A DNA stretch of 47,567 bases from Eubacteriales bacterium (GCA_045638405.1 JAZUBG010000074.1:1-47567), one strand, 5' to 3'. Positions 8,359-18,660 are shown, numbered from the stretch's first letter. Notes: generated by a model not told the origin, from the sequence alone. Translations and numbers: made by a program.

Positions 8359-10119
8359 CTATTTATCCTCAGTATGTAAAAACTGGCTTTCGTAAATAGT
8401 ATTGTAAAAACCTTTCTTATCAAGAAGCTCTTTATGGGTTCCCGTTTCTACAATATGACCGTCATTCATAACGATAATCAGATCTGCATTCTTGACGGTT
8501 GAAAGACGATGAGCTACAACAAAACTCGTGCGATCTGCTGTCAGCTTATCAAAAGCAGCCTGAATCATTCCTTCTGTTCTGATATCAATAGATGAAGTCG
8601 CTTCATCCAGAATAAGAACAGGAGGTAAAGCAAGCATTACTCTCGCAATGGAAATCAGCTGTCGCTGGCCTTGAGAAAGCGTTGCACATTCATTATCAAC
8701 AGCAGTATCGTAACCTTTAGGAAGACGCTTTATAAACGAATGAGCATGGACCTGTTTTGCCGCAGATACAATCTCATCAAAAGATGCATCAGGTTTTCCG
8801 AGAGCTATATTTTCCGCGACTGTTCCTTTCTTGATCCAAGTGTCCTGAAGTACCATTCCATAGTTTTGACGTAACTCTTTTCTTGATATAGAATGAATAT
8901 CAACACCATCAAGATAAATATTACCGGAATTTGGTTCATAAAAGCGCATAAGCAAATTGATAAGTGTTGTTTTACCGCATCCGGTGGGTCCGACAATGGC
9001 TACCATCTGTCCCGGTTCAACAGTTATATTAAAATCCTCAATAAGCGGTTTGTCTTTTACATATGAAAAACAGAGATCGCAGATTTCGACTTTGCCCTTT
9101 ATCCCGCATTCAAAGCATTCCACTGAACAGTTTTCAGTTTCCGACGGAGTGTCAATAAGTTCAAAAATTCTGCTTGCGCAGGCAAGCGCATTCTGAAATT
9201 CCGCTATAACCCCCGATATTTCATTAAACGGTTTTGTATACTGATTTGCATAACCAAGGAGACACACCAGAATTCCAACGGAAATTTCACGTGAAGGCGG
9301 AAGAACAAGAATAGCTCCCGCAAGTGCAACAAGTGCATATATTACTCCGTTAAGAAAACGAGTGGAAGGATTAACAAGTGAAGAATAAAATATTGCGCCG
9401 ACAGAAGCCTCGCGAAGTTCTTCATTTGTATTTTCAAACTTTTCAACAATTTTTTCTTCAATGCAGAAAGCCTTAATTGTTTTTGCAGTTGTTATACTTT
9501 CTTCTACTACAGCGGTTTGAATTTCTCTTGCTGACGCTTGTTTTCTGAACAGTTTAAATGTTCTTGTAGCGACAAACTTTGATATAAGAATAGACCCGGG
9601 TGTCAAAACGATAACAATAAGCGCAATTTTCACGTTCAGCAGTAACATAAAAATCAAAGTGCCTATAATTGTCATCAGACCTGTAAATAACTGAGTAAAG
9701 CCCATGAGTAAACCGTCCGAAAAAACATCTACATCTGCAATTACTCTGTTAAGCATAGCTCCGTGACTGGTAGAGTCAATATAAGACACAGGAAGTGCCT
9801 GAATTTTCGAGAAAGCATCTGTACGGATTTTTCTGACAATGCTGTAAGTCATTCTGTTGTTGATAACGCCTATGACCCACTGAACACCGGCAGTTGAAGT
9901 AACCAGCATTGCTATGAGTGATAACTTGCCGGTAACGCCTTTTATGTCAACACTGTCTTTTCCGGTAACAAGGTCAATAGCCTGCCCCAAAACGATAGGA
10001 ACGTAAAGCGTCATAGCAACCGCAACCGCTGATAATACCAACGTAATCAATACAAGTCCTATATGTGGACGAATATAACGTAAAACTCTTTTCAGAGTAC
10101 CCGGTTTCTTCATTGTCAT
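8359..10119 (-). CDS. ABC exporter half-transporter (TMD-NBD), the subunit with the catalytically competent NBD and a degenerate signature
   Basis: Walker A GPTGCGKTT, signature LSQGQRQL (degenerate), Walker B LILDEATS, H-loop VAHRLST. The start MTMKKPG at 10119 abuts the upstream stop at 10121-10123. Confidence 0.9.
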   Translation of the reverse strand: MTMKKPGTLKRVLRYIRPHIGLVLITLVLSAVAVAMTLYVPIVLGQAIDLVTGKDSVDIKGVTGKLSLIAMLVTSTAGVQWVIGVINNRMTYSIVRKIRTDAFSKIQALPVSYIDSTSHGAMLNRVIADVDVFSDGLLMGFTQLFTGLMTIIGTLIFMLLLNVKIALIVIVLTPGSILISKFVATRTFKLFRKQASAREIQTAVVEESITTAKTIKAFCIEEKIVEKFENTNEELREASVGAIFYSSLVNPSTRFLNGVIYALVALAGAILVLPPSREISVGILVCLLGYANQYTKPFNEISGVIAEFQNALACASRIFELIDTPSETENCSVECFECGIKGKVEICDLCFSYVKDKPLIEDFNITVEPGQMVAIVGPTGCGKTTLINLLMRFYEPNSGNIYLDGVDIHSISRKELRQNYGMVLQDTWIKKGTVAENIALGKPDASFDEIVSAAKQVHAHSFIKRLPKGYDTAVDNECATLSQGQRQLISIARVMLALPPVLILDEATSSIDIRTEGMIQAAFDKLTADRTSFVVAHRLSTVKNADLIIVMNDGHIVETGTHKELLDKKGFYNTIYESQFLHTEDK

Positions 10120-10120
10120 A

Positions 10121-11851
10121 TTACTCCTCAACACTGTTAGCAGAAAACTGAAGATCGTGAATTTCACGGTAAGGTATACAGTTACAATAAAGTTCGTCAT
10201 GCGAACCTATGCCGATAATCTCTCCGTCATCAAGAACAATAATTTTATCAGCATCCAAAATAGCTGATGTACGTTGTGATACGATGAAAGTAGTATGCTC
10301 ATAAGGTAGTGAACGAATAGCACGTCGCAAAGCAGCATCCGTAGTGTAATCAAGTGCGGAAGAACTGTCATCAAGGATTAGAATTTCAGGTTTTCCCACA
10401 AGTGCTCTTGCAACAGTAAGTCTCTGTCTTTGTCCCCCTGAAAAATTCTTACCCATCTGATCGGAATAGGAATCAAGTCCATCCTTCTTGTCAAGAATAA
10501 CCTTATCAACACAAGCAAGTTTGGCCGCTTCCATAATTTCCTCGTCGGTAATGTTTTGATCACGCCAATTAAGATTTTCTCTGATCGTATCTTTAACAAG
10601 TGTAGCTACCTGAGGAACGATACCGAACCGTTTTCTGAGTTTAATTCTGTCAATTTCCGATACGTTTACACCATCAATAAGTATTTCGCCTTCTGTGGCT
10701 TCATAAAATGCAGGGATCAGATTCACAAGAGTCGTTTTTCCGCTTCCCGTAGCACCAATGATACCAACTGTTTCTCCGGCATTTACGGAAAAAGAAATAT
10801 TACTGAGTGAATCTTCGCCGGCTGATTCATATCGAAACGAAACGTTTCTGAATTCAACTTTGGGAAATCCGATTTTTGTTTCGGGGTGTACTTCTGTTCT
10901 GAACTCTCCTTCAACACCGTCAATTACAGTTTGAACACGTTGACCACATGCAATTGCTTTAGTAATTGTAATTATAAGATTAGCTAGTTTGACGAGTTCA
11001 ACCAAAATCTGTGTCATATAGTTGTAAAGTGCAATAACTTCACCCTGTGTGAGATTGCCAAGTTTAACATTGACAGCACCGCGATAGATGAGAAGGATTA
11101 TAGCTCCGTTGACTATTAGATACGTGAGAGGGTTCATAAGAGCAGTAATACGTCCGACAAACTTCTGAGACTTTTCGAGTCTATCAGCATTAAAGTCGAA
11201 GCTTTCCTTTTCAGATTCTTCTCTTCGGAAACCTCTCAGAATACGGACACCGTCTATATTTTCACGTACATTTCCCGTAACTGCACTCAGTGAATTCTGC
11301 ACCTTTTTATAAAGCGGTACTGTACCGAGAATTATAGCAAATACGATTACTGACAAAACGGCGATCATAGCAGTAAAAATAAGAGCAAGTCGTGTATTAA
11401 TAGTAAAAGCCATGATCATAGCACCGAAAACTATACACGGAGAACGCATAAACAGTCTAAGTGTAAGATTTGTTCCGGTTTGAATCTGATTGATATCGGA
11501 GGTCATATGAGTTATCAATGAAGATGTTCCGGAACGATCAAGTTCAGTATATGACATATGCATAATCGTAGAAAACAGCTCACTTCGGATTTTGGAAGCA
11601 AATCCGACTGATGCTTTGGCAGAAAAATACTGAGCTATCACAGAGGCGGTAAAACCAACAAAGCTTAGTATAATCATAATAACCGCCATCTTTATAATGT
11701 GCGATTTGTCAGATCCCGCAATACCGATGTCTATAATACTGGTAACTACGAGAGGAACGAACAGTTCAAAGAGCGCTTCAAGAAGCTTGAAAGTGGGAGC
11801 AAGAATTGTCTCTTTTTTGTACTCACGAAGCAACCTGAGAAGTTTAAGCAT
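10121..11851 (-). CDS. ABC exporter half-transporter (TMD-NBD), the subunit with degenerate Walker B and H-loop
   Basis: Walker A GATGSGKTT, signature FSGGQRQR, Walker B ILILDDSSS (D replaces the catalytic E), H-loop FIVSQRTS (Q replaces H). The ATG at 11851 has a G-rich SD, and the promoter lies inside the longer ORF-track call. Confidence 0.9.
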   Translation of the reverse strand: MLKLLRLLREYKKETILAPTFKLLEALFELFVPLVVTSIIDIGIAGSDKSHIIKMAVIMIILSFVGFTASVIAQYFSAKASVGFASKIRSELFSTIMHMSYTELDRSGTSSLITHMTSDINQIQTGTNLTLRLFMRSPCIVFGAMIMAFTINTRLALIFTAMIAVLSVIVFAIILGTVPLYKKVQNSLSAVTGNVRENIDGVRILRGFRREESEKESFDFNADRLEKSQKFVGRITALMNPLTYLIVNGAIILLIYRGAVNVKLGNLTQGEVIALYNYMTQILVELVKLANLIITITKAIACGQRVQTVIDGVEGEFRTEVHPETKIGFPKVEFRNVSFRYESAGEDSLSNISFSVNAGETVGIIGATGSGKTTLVNLIPAFYEATEGEILIDGVNVSEIDRIKLRKRFGIVPQVATLVKDTIRENLNWRDQNITDEEIMEAAKLACVDKVILDKKDGLDSYSDQMGKNFSGGQRQRLTVARALVGKPEILILDDSSSALDYTTDAALRRAIRSLPYEHTTFIVSQRTSAILDADKIIVLDDGEIIGIGSHDELYCNCIPYREIHDLQFSANSVEE

Positions 11852-11881
11852 AGTCCCCCCAAAAAATATATATTTGATATT

Positions 11882-11911
11882 ATTATAGCACTTTTTAAGT
11901 GTAAAAGTCAA
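11882..11911 (-). promoter_or_regulatory. SigmaA-type promoter for the ABC pair
   Basis: On the minus strand: TTGACT, 18-nt spacer ending in TGc, then TATAAT. Confidence 0.6.
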
Positions 11912-11990
11912 TAGGAATAGAACACACATAACAAGTTATAAGAAATTAAATCATTACTGCATAATATTTTGAAGAATATTTCATTTCCGC

Positions 11991-12020
11991 TTGACATAAG
12001 CCAAACTTTTATAGTATAAT
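11991..12020 (+). promoter_or_regulatory. SigmaA-type promoter for the ileS leader
   Basis: TTGACA (11991-11996), 18-nt spacer, TATAAT (12015-12020). Confidence 0.7.
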
Positions 12021-12026
12021 ATAATT

Positions 12027-12268
12027 TGTTAAATAAAAACGTTGACGGAGACAGGTTTTGTTACTGAATTTCCTCCAAGCGAGTCGGAGGTGGTGTGAGT
12101 CCGGCAGGAAAAGTTTCAGAATATCACTCCCGAGTTCCGTGTATTTCTACGGCGGTACCGACCGTTATATCGGAAGGCATAGAGGCTGATTTATCAGCAG
12201 GTGCACGGGTGGTATAAACGAAGACTCTTCGTCCTGTGACGGACGCGGAGTTTATTTTTTTGCCATCC
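12027..12268 (+). promoter_or_regulatory. T-box riboswitch leader (Ile specifier) with terminator
   Basis: Stem I distal consensus GAGTCGGAGGTGGTGTGAGTCCGG. Candidate specifier AUC followed by A at 12123-12126. T-box core GGGTGGTA at 12207-12214. Terminator stem 12225-12234 / 12241-12250, then TTTATTTTTTT. Confidence 0.85.
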
Positions 12269-12316
12269 CTAAAAAAGTTAAACAATTTCAAAATATACAG
12301 AAAGAACGGTGAGTTT

Positions 12317-15300
12317 ATGTACAGAAAGGTTTCTACAAACCTCAACTTTGTTGAGCGAGAGCACGAAACGCTTAAGTTCTGGAACGAAAACAAGATTTTC
12401 GAAAAGAGCATGAACATGGGCGAGGATCGCCCCGCTTACACATTCTATGACGGTCCTCCGACCGCTAACGGTAAGCCTCATATCGGACACGTTCTCACAC
12501 GTGTTATCAAAGACATGATTCCCAGATTCCACACAATGAAGGGTGCTAATGTACCGAGAAAAGCAGGCTGGGATACACACGGTCTCCCTGTTGAGATCGA
12601 GGTAGAAAAACTCCTCGGACTTGACGGTAAGGAACAGATCGAAGGTTACGGTCTTGCCCCCTTTATCGACAAGTGTAAGGAATCCGTTTGGAAGTACAAG
12701 GGTATGTGGGAGGACTTCTCCGAGACCGTTGGCTTCTGGGCTGATATGGAAAATCCCTACGTTACTTACGACAACAACTTTATCGAAAGTGAGTGGTGGG
12801 CACTCAAGCAGATCTATGATAAGGGTCTTCTTTACAAGGGCTTCAAGATCGTTCCCTATTGCCCCCGTTGCGGTACTCCCCTTTCCGCACAGGAGGTCGC
12901 TCAGGGTTATAAGGATGTAAAAGAGCGCTCCGCTATCGCTAAGTTTAAGGTAAAGGGTGAAGAAAATACCTACTTCCTTGCTTGGACCACAACCCCCTGG
13001 ACTCTCCCCTCAAACGTTGCTCTCTGTGTTAACCCGGGTGAGACATACGTTAAGGTAAAGACAGAAAACGAGATCTATATTCTCGCAGAAGCACTTGCAG
13101 GTAAGCATCTCGGTGAAGATATTGAGGTTCTTGAGTCCTACACAGGCCGCGACCTTGAGTACAAAGAATACGAGCCGCTCTTTGACTTCGTATCTCCCCG
13201 TGAGAAGTGCTGGTTCGTAACCTGCGACAATTACGTAACTCTCACCGACGGTACAGGTATCGTTCACATTGCCCCCGCATTCGGTGACGACGACTCCAAG
13301 GTTGGTCGTGCTTACGGTCTTCCCTTCGTTCAGCTTGTTGACTCAAAGGGTGAAATGACCGCAGAAACTCCTTGGGCAGGTACATTCTGCAAGAAGGCTG
13401 ACCCCGAGGTTCTTAAGAATCTTAAGGAGAGAGGTCTCCTCTTCTCCGCTCCCGCATTTGAGCACTCCTATCCTCACTGCTGGAGATGTGATACTCCCCT
13501 TATCTACTATGCTCGTGAATCTTGGTACATCAAGATGACCGACGTTAAGGACGACCTCGTTCGTAACAATAACACTGTAAACTGGATTCCCGAGTCCATC
13601 GGTAAGGGACGCTTCGGGGACTGGCTTGAGAACGTTCAGGACTGGGCTATCTCCCGTAACCGTTATTGGGGTACTCCTCTTAACATCTGGGAATGCTCCT
13701 GCGGTCACAGACATAGCATCGGAAGCATTGAAGAGCTTAAGTCCATGAGCGACAACTGTCCCGATAATATTGAGCTCCACCGTCCCTACATTGATGACGT
13801 AACCATCAAATGTCCCGAGTGCGGCGGTGAGATGCACCGTGTTCCCGAAGTTATCGACTGCTGGTTTGATTCCGGCTCCATGCCCTTCGCTCAGCATCAC
13901 TATCCTTTTCAGAATAAAGATCTCTTTGAGGCACAGTTCCCCGCAGACTTCATTTCCGAAGCTGTTGACCAGACAAGAGGCTGGTTCTACTCACTTATGG
14001 CGATCTCTACCCTTCTCTTCAATAAGGCCCCCTATAAGAACGTAATAGTTCTCGGTCACGTTCAGGACGAGCACGGTCAGAAGATGTCCAAGTCCAAGGG
14101 TAATGCTGTAGATCCCTTCGATGCACTTCAGACATACGGTGCTGACGCTATCCGCTGGTATTTCTACACCAACTCTGCTCCTTGGCTTCCCTCCAAGTTC
14201 AGCGGTAAGGCTGTAGTTGAGGGTCAGCGTAAGTTTATGGGTACTCTCTGGAACACATACGCTTTCTGGGTACTCTATGCTAACATAGACAAGTTTGATC
14301 CTACTAAGTATAATCTCGCTGATCTCCCCCTCAGCGTAATGGATAAATACATTCTCTCCCGCCTTAACACAACCGTTAAGAACGTGGACAAGTATCTTTC
14401 CGAGTACAAGATTCCTGAGTCTGCGAAGGCTCTTTACGAGTTCGTTGATGAGCTCTCCAACTGGTACGTTCGTCGTTGCCGCGAGAGATTCTGGGTTCAG
14501 GATATGCCCGCGGATAAGGCTGCTGCATACATGACTCTCTATCACTGTCTCGTTACTATTTCCAAGGCTTCTGCTCCCATGGTTCCCTTCATGACTGAAG
14601 ATATTTATCAGAACCTTGTCAGAACCGTTGACGAAAGTGCTCCCGAGTCTATCCACCTCTGCAGCTTCCCCGAAGTTGACGAAGCAGCTATCGATGCTGA
14701 CCTTGAGCGTGACATGAAGTCTGTTGTAGACATCATCGTAATGGGTAGAAGTGCAAGAAACGGTGCTAACGTAAAGAACCGTCAGCCTCTTTCAGCAATG
14801 TACGTATGTACTGACTACGCTCCCGGCGAATTCTTCATTGACATCATCCGCGAAGAGCTCAACTTAAAGTCTGTATCATTCGTAACCGATGCTTCTGAGT
14901 TCTCTACCTACAACTTCAAGCCTCAGCTCAGAACTGTAGGTCCTAAGTACGGTAAGTTCCTCGGCAAGATCAAAGCAGCTCTTGCTCCCGAAAATCTCGA
15001 CGGAAATGCAGCTAAGCGTGAGCTTGACACAAATGGTAAGATCGTATTTGACTTTGACGGAGACATCGTTGAGCTTACTCCCGAGGATCTCCTCATTGAC
15101 GTAACACAGAAGGAAGGTTACTTCTGCGTAGCTGAGGGAGACGTAACTGTAGCTCTTGATATAACTCTCACTCCCGAACTTATCGACGAAGGATTTGTAC
15201 GCGAGATCATCTCCAAGATCCAGACCATGCGTAAGGATTCCGACTTCGTAGTTACTGACAAGATCAAGATCTACATTGATCCCAGTGACAAGATCCGTGA

Positions 15301-15439
15301 AATCTTTGAAAGTTCATCCGACAAGATTCTCCCCGCTGTACTCGGAACCGAGTATTCTGTCACAAGCGAGCTTCCCGAAGAAGCAAAATCTTGGGACATT
15401 AACGGTGAATCCGTAAGAATGTATCTTACAAGAGAATAA
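12317..15439 (+). CDS. ileS: Isoleucine--tRNA ligase, type 2 (eukaryote-like) form, ~1040 aa
   Basis: FYDGPPTANGKPHIGH (HIGH), KMSKS, and an editing-domain insertion. The ATG at 12317 lies downstream of the T-box terminator. The ORF-track start at 12236 sits in the terminator loop. Confidence 0.95.
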   Translation: MYRKVSTNLNFVEREHETLKFWNENKIFEKSMNMGEDRPAYTFYDGPPTANGKPHIGHVLTRVIKDMIPRFHTMKGANVPRKAGWDTHGLPVEIEVEKLLGLDGKEQIEGYGLAPFIDKCKESVWKYKGMWEDFSETVGFWADMENPYVTYDNNFIESEWWALKQIYDKGLLYKGFKIVPYCPRCGTPLSAQEVAQGYKDVKERSAIAKFKVKGEENTYFLAWTTTPWTLPSNVALCVNPGETYVKVKTENEIYILAEALAGKHLGEDIEVLESYTGRDLEYKEYEPLFDFVSPREKCWFVTCDNYVTLTDGTGIVHIAPAFGDDDSKVGRAYGLPFVQLVDSKGEMTAETPWAGTFCKKADPEVLKNLKERGLLFSAPAFEHSYPHCWRCDTPLIYYARESWYIKMTDVKDDLVRNNNTVNWIPESIGKGRFGDWLENVQDWAISRNRYWGTPLNIWECSCGHRHSIGSIEELKSMSDNCPDNIELHRPYIDDVTIKCPECGGEMHRVPEVIDCWFDSGSMPFAQHHYPFQNKDLFEAQFPADFISEAVDQTRGWFYSLMAISTLLFNKAPYKNVIVLGHVQDEHGQKMSKSKGNAVDPFDALQTYGADAIRWYFYTNSAPWLPSKFSGKAVVEGQRKFMGTLWNTYAFWVLYANIDKFDPTKYNLADLPLSVMDKYILSRLNTTVKNVDKYLSEYKIPESAKALYEFVDELSNWYVRRCRERFWVQDMPADKAAAYMTLYHCLVTISKASAPMVPFMTEDIYQNLVRTVDESAPESIHLCSFPEVDEAAIDADLERDMKSVVDIIVMGRSARNGANVKNRQPLSAMYVCTDYAPGEFFIDIIREELNLKSVSFVTDASEFSTYNFKPQLRTVGPKYGKFLGKIKAALAPENLDGNAAKRELDTNGKIVFDFDGDIVELTPEDLLIDVTQKEGYFCVAEGDVTVALDITLTPELIDEGFVREIISKIQTMRKDSDFVVTDKIKIYIDPSDKIREIFESSSDKILPAVLGTEYSVTSELPEEAKSWDINGESVRMYLTRE

Positions 15440-15450
15440 TTTATAACAAA

Positions 15451-15486
15451 AAAGATCATGGGCCTTATACCCATGATCTTTTATTT
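15451..15486 (+). terminator. Intrinsic terminator of ileS
   Basis: AAAGATCATGGG / CCCATGATCTTT 12-bp stem followed by TATTT. Confidence 0.8.
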
Positions 15487-15500
15487 AGAATATAATGATC

Positions 15501-15545
15501 AAAGCTGAACCGCACGTCTCACGAGGACATACGGTTCAGCTTTTT
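15501..15545. terminator. Bidirectional terminator hairpin between the convergent ileS and pgi operons
   Basis: AAAGCTGAACCG / CGGTTCAGCTTT 12-bp stem, with T-runs after the stem on both strands. Confidence 0.65.
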
Positions 15546-15569
15546 AAAATCATTCTTTCCTTTTATTAA

Positions 15570-15977
15570 TTAAAGGTACATCTTCTCAACGTCGGTAGCG
15601 TCCTCAACGGGGAGAGATGAAGTGATTACACAAGTAACATTGTGCTTAGTTGCGAGAGAGTCTACCTTTGCCAGGAACTCATCAAACTTTTCCTGATCAT
15701 TACCGCAAATCTTAAGTGCGGAGTCGATGAAGAGATCAGATACGTCGTGGTTGCTTGCAAGGATACCTGCAACAAAACCGTAAAGACCGTTGGGAGTCTT
15801 TACCTGGTACTCATCAGTATCAATAAGTCTGCACTGATAACTGATATCGAAACGGAGCTTGTCGCCTTTTTCGATACAAACGACAGAACCCTTGGTTTCC
15901 TTAAGCGCGTTGTTCACAAGCTCGATGAGAGTCTTGGTTTTTCCGGAACCTTTTGCGCCGATAATGAGTTTTAACAT
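15570..15977 (-). CDS. Small (135 aa) P-loop NTPase of unknown function
   Basis: MLKLIIGAKGSGKTKT (Walker A) and a SDLFIDS Walker-B-like hhhhD(S). AGGAGG SD before the ATG at 15977, which is 19 nt after the pgi stop. Confidence 0.7.
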   Translation of the reverse strand: MLKLIIGAKGSGKTKTLIELVNNALKETKGSVVCIEKGDKLRFDISYQCRLIDTDEYQVKTPNGLYGFVAGILASNHDVSDLFIDSALKICGNDQEKFDEFLAKVDSLATKHNVTCVITSSLPVEDATDVEKMYL

Positions 15978-15996
15978 AGTGTTTTCCTCCTGAGAT

Positions 15997-17346
15997 TTAT
16001 TTAATTCTGGCTTCCAAAGCCTCTTTATCTGATTCATATCCCGGCTTACCGAGAAGAGCATACATATTCTTCTTATAAGCCTCAACACCCGGCTGATCGA
16101 AGGGATTTACTCCGAGCATGTAACCTGAAATTGCACAAGCAAGCTCGAAGAAGTATACGATCTGACCGAAAGTATGTGCACTTCTGTCGGGAAGCTCAAT
16201 AAGGATGTTGGGAACTCCGCCATCGTTATGAGCAAGAAGAGTTCCCTTCATTGCCATAGAATTTACGAAGTGGAGATCACGGCCGGAAAGGAAGTTAAGA
16301 CCATCGATGTTATTGGGGTCATCGGGGATCTCAACAGTGTCTTCAGACTTATCAAAGCTGATAACTGTCTCGAAGAGCATTCTCTGTCCATCCTGTATGT
16401 ACTGGCCGAGAGAGTGAAGGTCGGTAGAACAAATCACGGATGAAGGATAAAGTCCCTTATTATCCTTACCTTCGGACTCACCGTAAAGCTGCTTCCACCA
16501 TTCACAGAGCATCTGCAGTGCAGGCTCATAAGATACGAGAACTTCTACGGACTTACCCTTGTTGTAAAGAATATTTCTTAGTGCAGCATAAACAGCTGCA
16601 TTATTAGACATGAGATCATCAGAGAGATATTCTTCTCTGGCATCAGCTGCACCGCGCATCATCTCACAAACATCGATACCTGCAACGGAAATCGGGAGAA
16701 GACCTACAGCAGTAAGAACGGAAAATCTGCCGCCGATATTATCCGGAACCACGAATGTCTCATATCCGCGCTCGGTGGAGAACTCCTTGAGCTTACCCTT
16801 TTGTCTGTCAGTTGTAACAAAGATACGCTCACGAGCACCTTCAATACCGTACTTTTCTTCAAGCATCTTTCTGAAGATTCTGAAGGTTACAGCAGGCTCG
16901 GTGGTTGTACCGGATTTAGAAATAACGTTAACACAAACGTCACGTCCTTCGCAGATCTTTATAAGGTCTGCAAGTGCAGAAGAACTGATACTGTTACCTG
17001 CGAAGTAAACGTCGGGAGTATCCTTCTTGAGATTATTATAATAGGGAGATTTTACAAATTCAATAGCCGCTCTCGCTCCGAGGTAGGAACCTCCTATACC
17101 GATAACCACGAAAACGTCACACATCTTCTTGATACGCTCGGAAGCGTCAAGAATTCTTGCAAACTCTTCCTTATCGTAGTCAACGGGAAGATCGTGCCAA
17201 CCGAGGAATGCGTTTCCCGCGCCGCTCTTCTCACGAACGACCTTAAGTGCTGCTGAAGCAACATGAGAGATCTTATTAAGTTCTCCATTGCCGTCTGTAA
17301 GATTAATAAAATCTGTAAGATAGTTTTTGTTAAGTCTGAGTGCCAT
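15997..17346 (-). CDS. pgi: Glucose-6-phosphate isomerase (short Firmicutes type)
   Basis: [23 protein letters not shown], 449 aa. Confidence 0.95.
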   Translation of the reverse strand: MALRLNKNYLTDFINLTDGNGELNKISHVASAALKVVREKSGAGNAFLGWHDLPVDYDKEEFARILDASERIKKMCDVFVVIGIGGSYLGARAAIEFVKSPYYNNLKKDTPDVYFAGNSISSSALADLIKICEGRDVCVNVISKSGTTTEPAVTFRIFRKMLEEKYGIEGARERIFVTTDRQKGKLKEFSTERGYETFVVPDNIGGRFSVLTAVGLLPISVAGIDVCEMMRGAADAREEYLSDDLMSNNAAVYAALRNILYNKGKSVEVLVSYEPALQMLCEWWKQLYGESEGKDNKGLYPSSVICSTDLHSLGQYIQDGQRMLFETVISFDKSEDTVEIPDDPNNIDGLNFLSGRDLHFVNSMAMKGTLLAHNDGGVPNILIELPDRSAHTFGQIVYFFELACAISGYMLGVNPFDQPGVEAYKKNMYALLGKPGYESDKEALEARIK

Positions 17347-17452
17347 ACTTTCCTTTGCTTTCTTTGGATCCGGAGATTGCCACGTCCGTTTCCACCGTAG
17401 TTAAGATTTGCGGTTCTGCCACACTACGGTACAATATTTATGTAGTGTATAT

Positions 17453-17481
17453 ATAATACTACATATTGCGTTATTTTTCAA
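17453..17481 (-). promoter_or_regulatory. Candidate sigmaA promoter for pgi
   Basis: On the minus strand: TTGAAA, 17 nt, TATTAT. This implies a ~110-nt leader. Confidence 0.5.
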
Positions 17482-17505
17482 TAGGAATTTGTTATTTTTT
17501 ATAAA

Positions 17506-18660
17506 TTATTTTAAAATAAAACAGGCAAATATTCGTCTTAGCAGTTGAAAATACGTAATTTTATTTACAGTCTCACTTGATTTAATCTCACATTCATATA
17601 TAGTCTTATCTTCTAAAACATATTTTACCTTTCCGACAGTATCACCTTCTTTAATTGGCGCACATACTTTCTCTTTGAGTTCGAATTCTTTTTTTACATT
17701 TTTATTATTATTTCCACTTACAAGTATTTCACAACCGTCATAATAACAGTTAATATATTCTTTAACACCGCCTTTTACTGCAACCTTACCGGCATTGTTT
17801 TTTTTATCAAAATAAACTGAATAAGTGGAGAAACCATAATCAAGTAAAGTCTTAGCTGCATCATTTCTTATGTCTCTTGTCTCCGAACCCATAATTACTG
17901 CAATAAGGTGAAGACCGTTTCTCTCGGCAGTCGCACTGATACAGAAACCTGCTTTTCCGGTTGATCCTGTTTTAAGTCCTGTTGCACCTTTATAAAAACG
18001 GATCAGACGGTTTGTATTGGTCAGCCCGAATGCACCGTTCCTGATACTGTCCATCCAAATGGTAGTGTATTCAAATATTTTTTTATGTCTCATCAGTTCA
18101 CGAGACATGATAGCTATATCTCTTGCACTGGTTACGTGGTTCGTTACGTTATCATCTAGTCCTGTTACATTCTCAAAATTGGTATTTTTCATTCCAAGTT
18201 CTTTTGCCCTTTGATTCATACGTACAACAAATACTTGTTCACTACCACATACTGCCTCAGCCATAGCCACAGCACAATCATTTGCAGAAGCTATTACTAT
18301 ACTTTTCAAAAAATCATTCAACGGCATTGATTCTCCGGCTTCAAGAAACACTTGGGAACCACCCATTGAAGCCGCATACTCGCTGACTGTTATTGTCTCT
18401 TCAGAATCCAGTTCACCTTTATCTATTGCTTCCATGATTATGAGTAATGTCATGATTTTTGTTACGGATGCGGGTGGTAACGGTTCATCCGGGTTCTTTT
18501 CATAAAGATATGTGCCAGTATTGAAATCCATCAAGACCGCACTTTTAGCTGCTACATCAAAATTTTCCGTTGTTGCCGAAGAAATAGCACTAAACGGAAT
18601 TCCGACTGAAAACATATACAAAAGCAGAAAACATATAATCAGGGATAAACTTCTTTTCAT
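17506..18660 (-). CDS. D-alanyl-D-alanine carboxypeptidase (peptidase S11, PBP5-like) with signal peptide
   Basis: SVTK (SxxK), SAND (SxN) and KTGST (KTG) motifs, plus a hydrophobic N-terminus MKRSLSLIICFLLLYMF. Confidence 0.9.
   Translation of the reverse strand: MKRSLSLIICFLLLYMFSVGIPFSAISSATTENFDVAAKSAVLMDFNTGTYLYEKNPDEPLPPASVTKIMTLLIIMEAIDKGELDSEETITVSEYAASMGGSQVFLEAGESMPLNDFLKSIVIASANDCAVAMAEAVCGSEQVFVVRMNQRAKELGMKNTNFENVTGLDDNVTNHVTSARDIAIMSRELMRHKKIFEYTTIWMDSIRNGAFGLTNTNRLIRFYKGATGLKTGSTGKAGFCISATAERNGLHLIAVIMGSETRDIRNDAAKTLLDYGFSTYSVYFDKKNNAGKVAVKGGVKEYINCYYDGCEILVSGNNNKNVKKEFELKEKVCAPIKEGDTVGKVKYVLEDKTIYECEIKSSETVNKITYFQLLRRIFACFILK

Noticed and set aside
10121-11929. N-terminally extended ORF-track starts. 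This one is an example; others are 8359-10200, 12236, 15570-16088, 28602-29510, 30017, 39554, 21333 and 43480.
   Set aside because: The extensions run through promoters, terminator hairpins or the upstream gene, and they use non-ATG codons. Internal ATGs with SD sequences match the conserved N-termini.
13343-14656. Long minus-strand ORFs (185 aa and 221 aa) inside ileS.
   Set aside because: They are antisense shadows of a strongly supported aminoacyl-tRNA synthetase gene. They have no SD and a low-complexity, non-protein-like composition.
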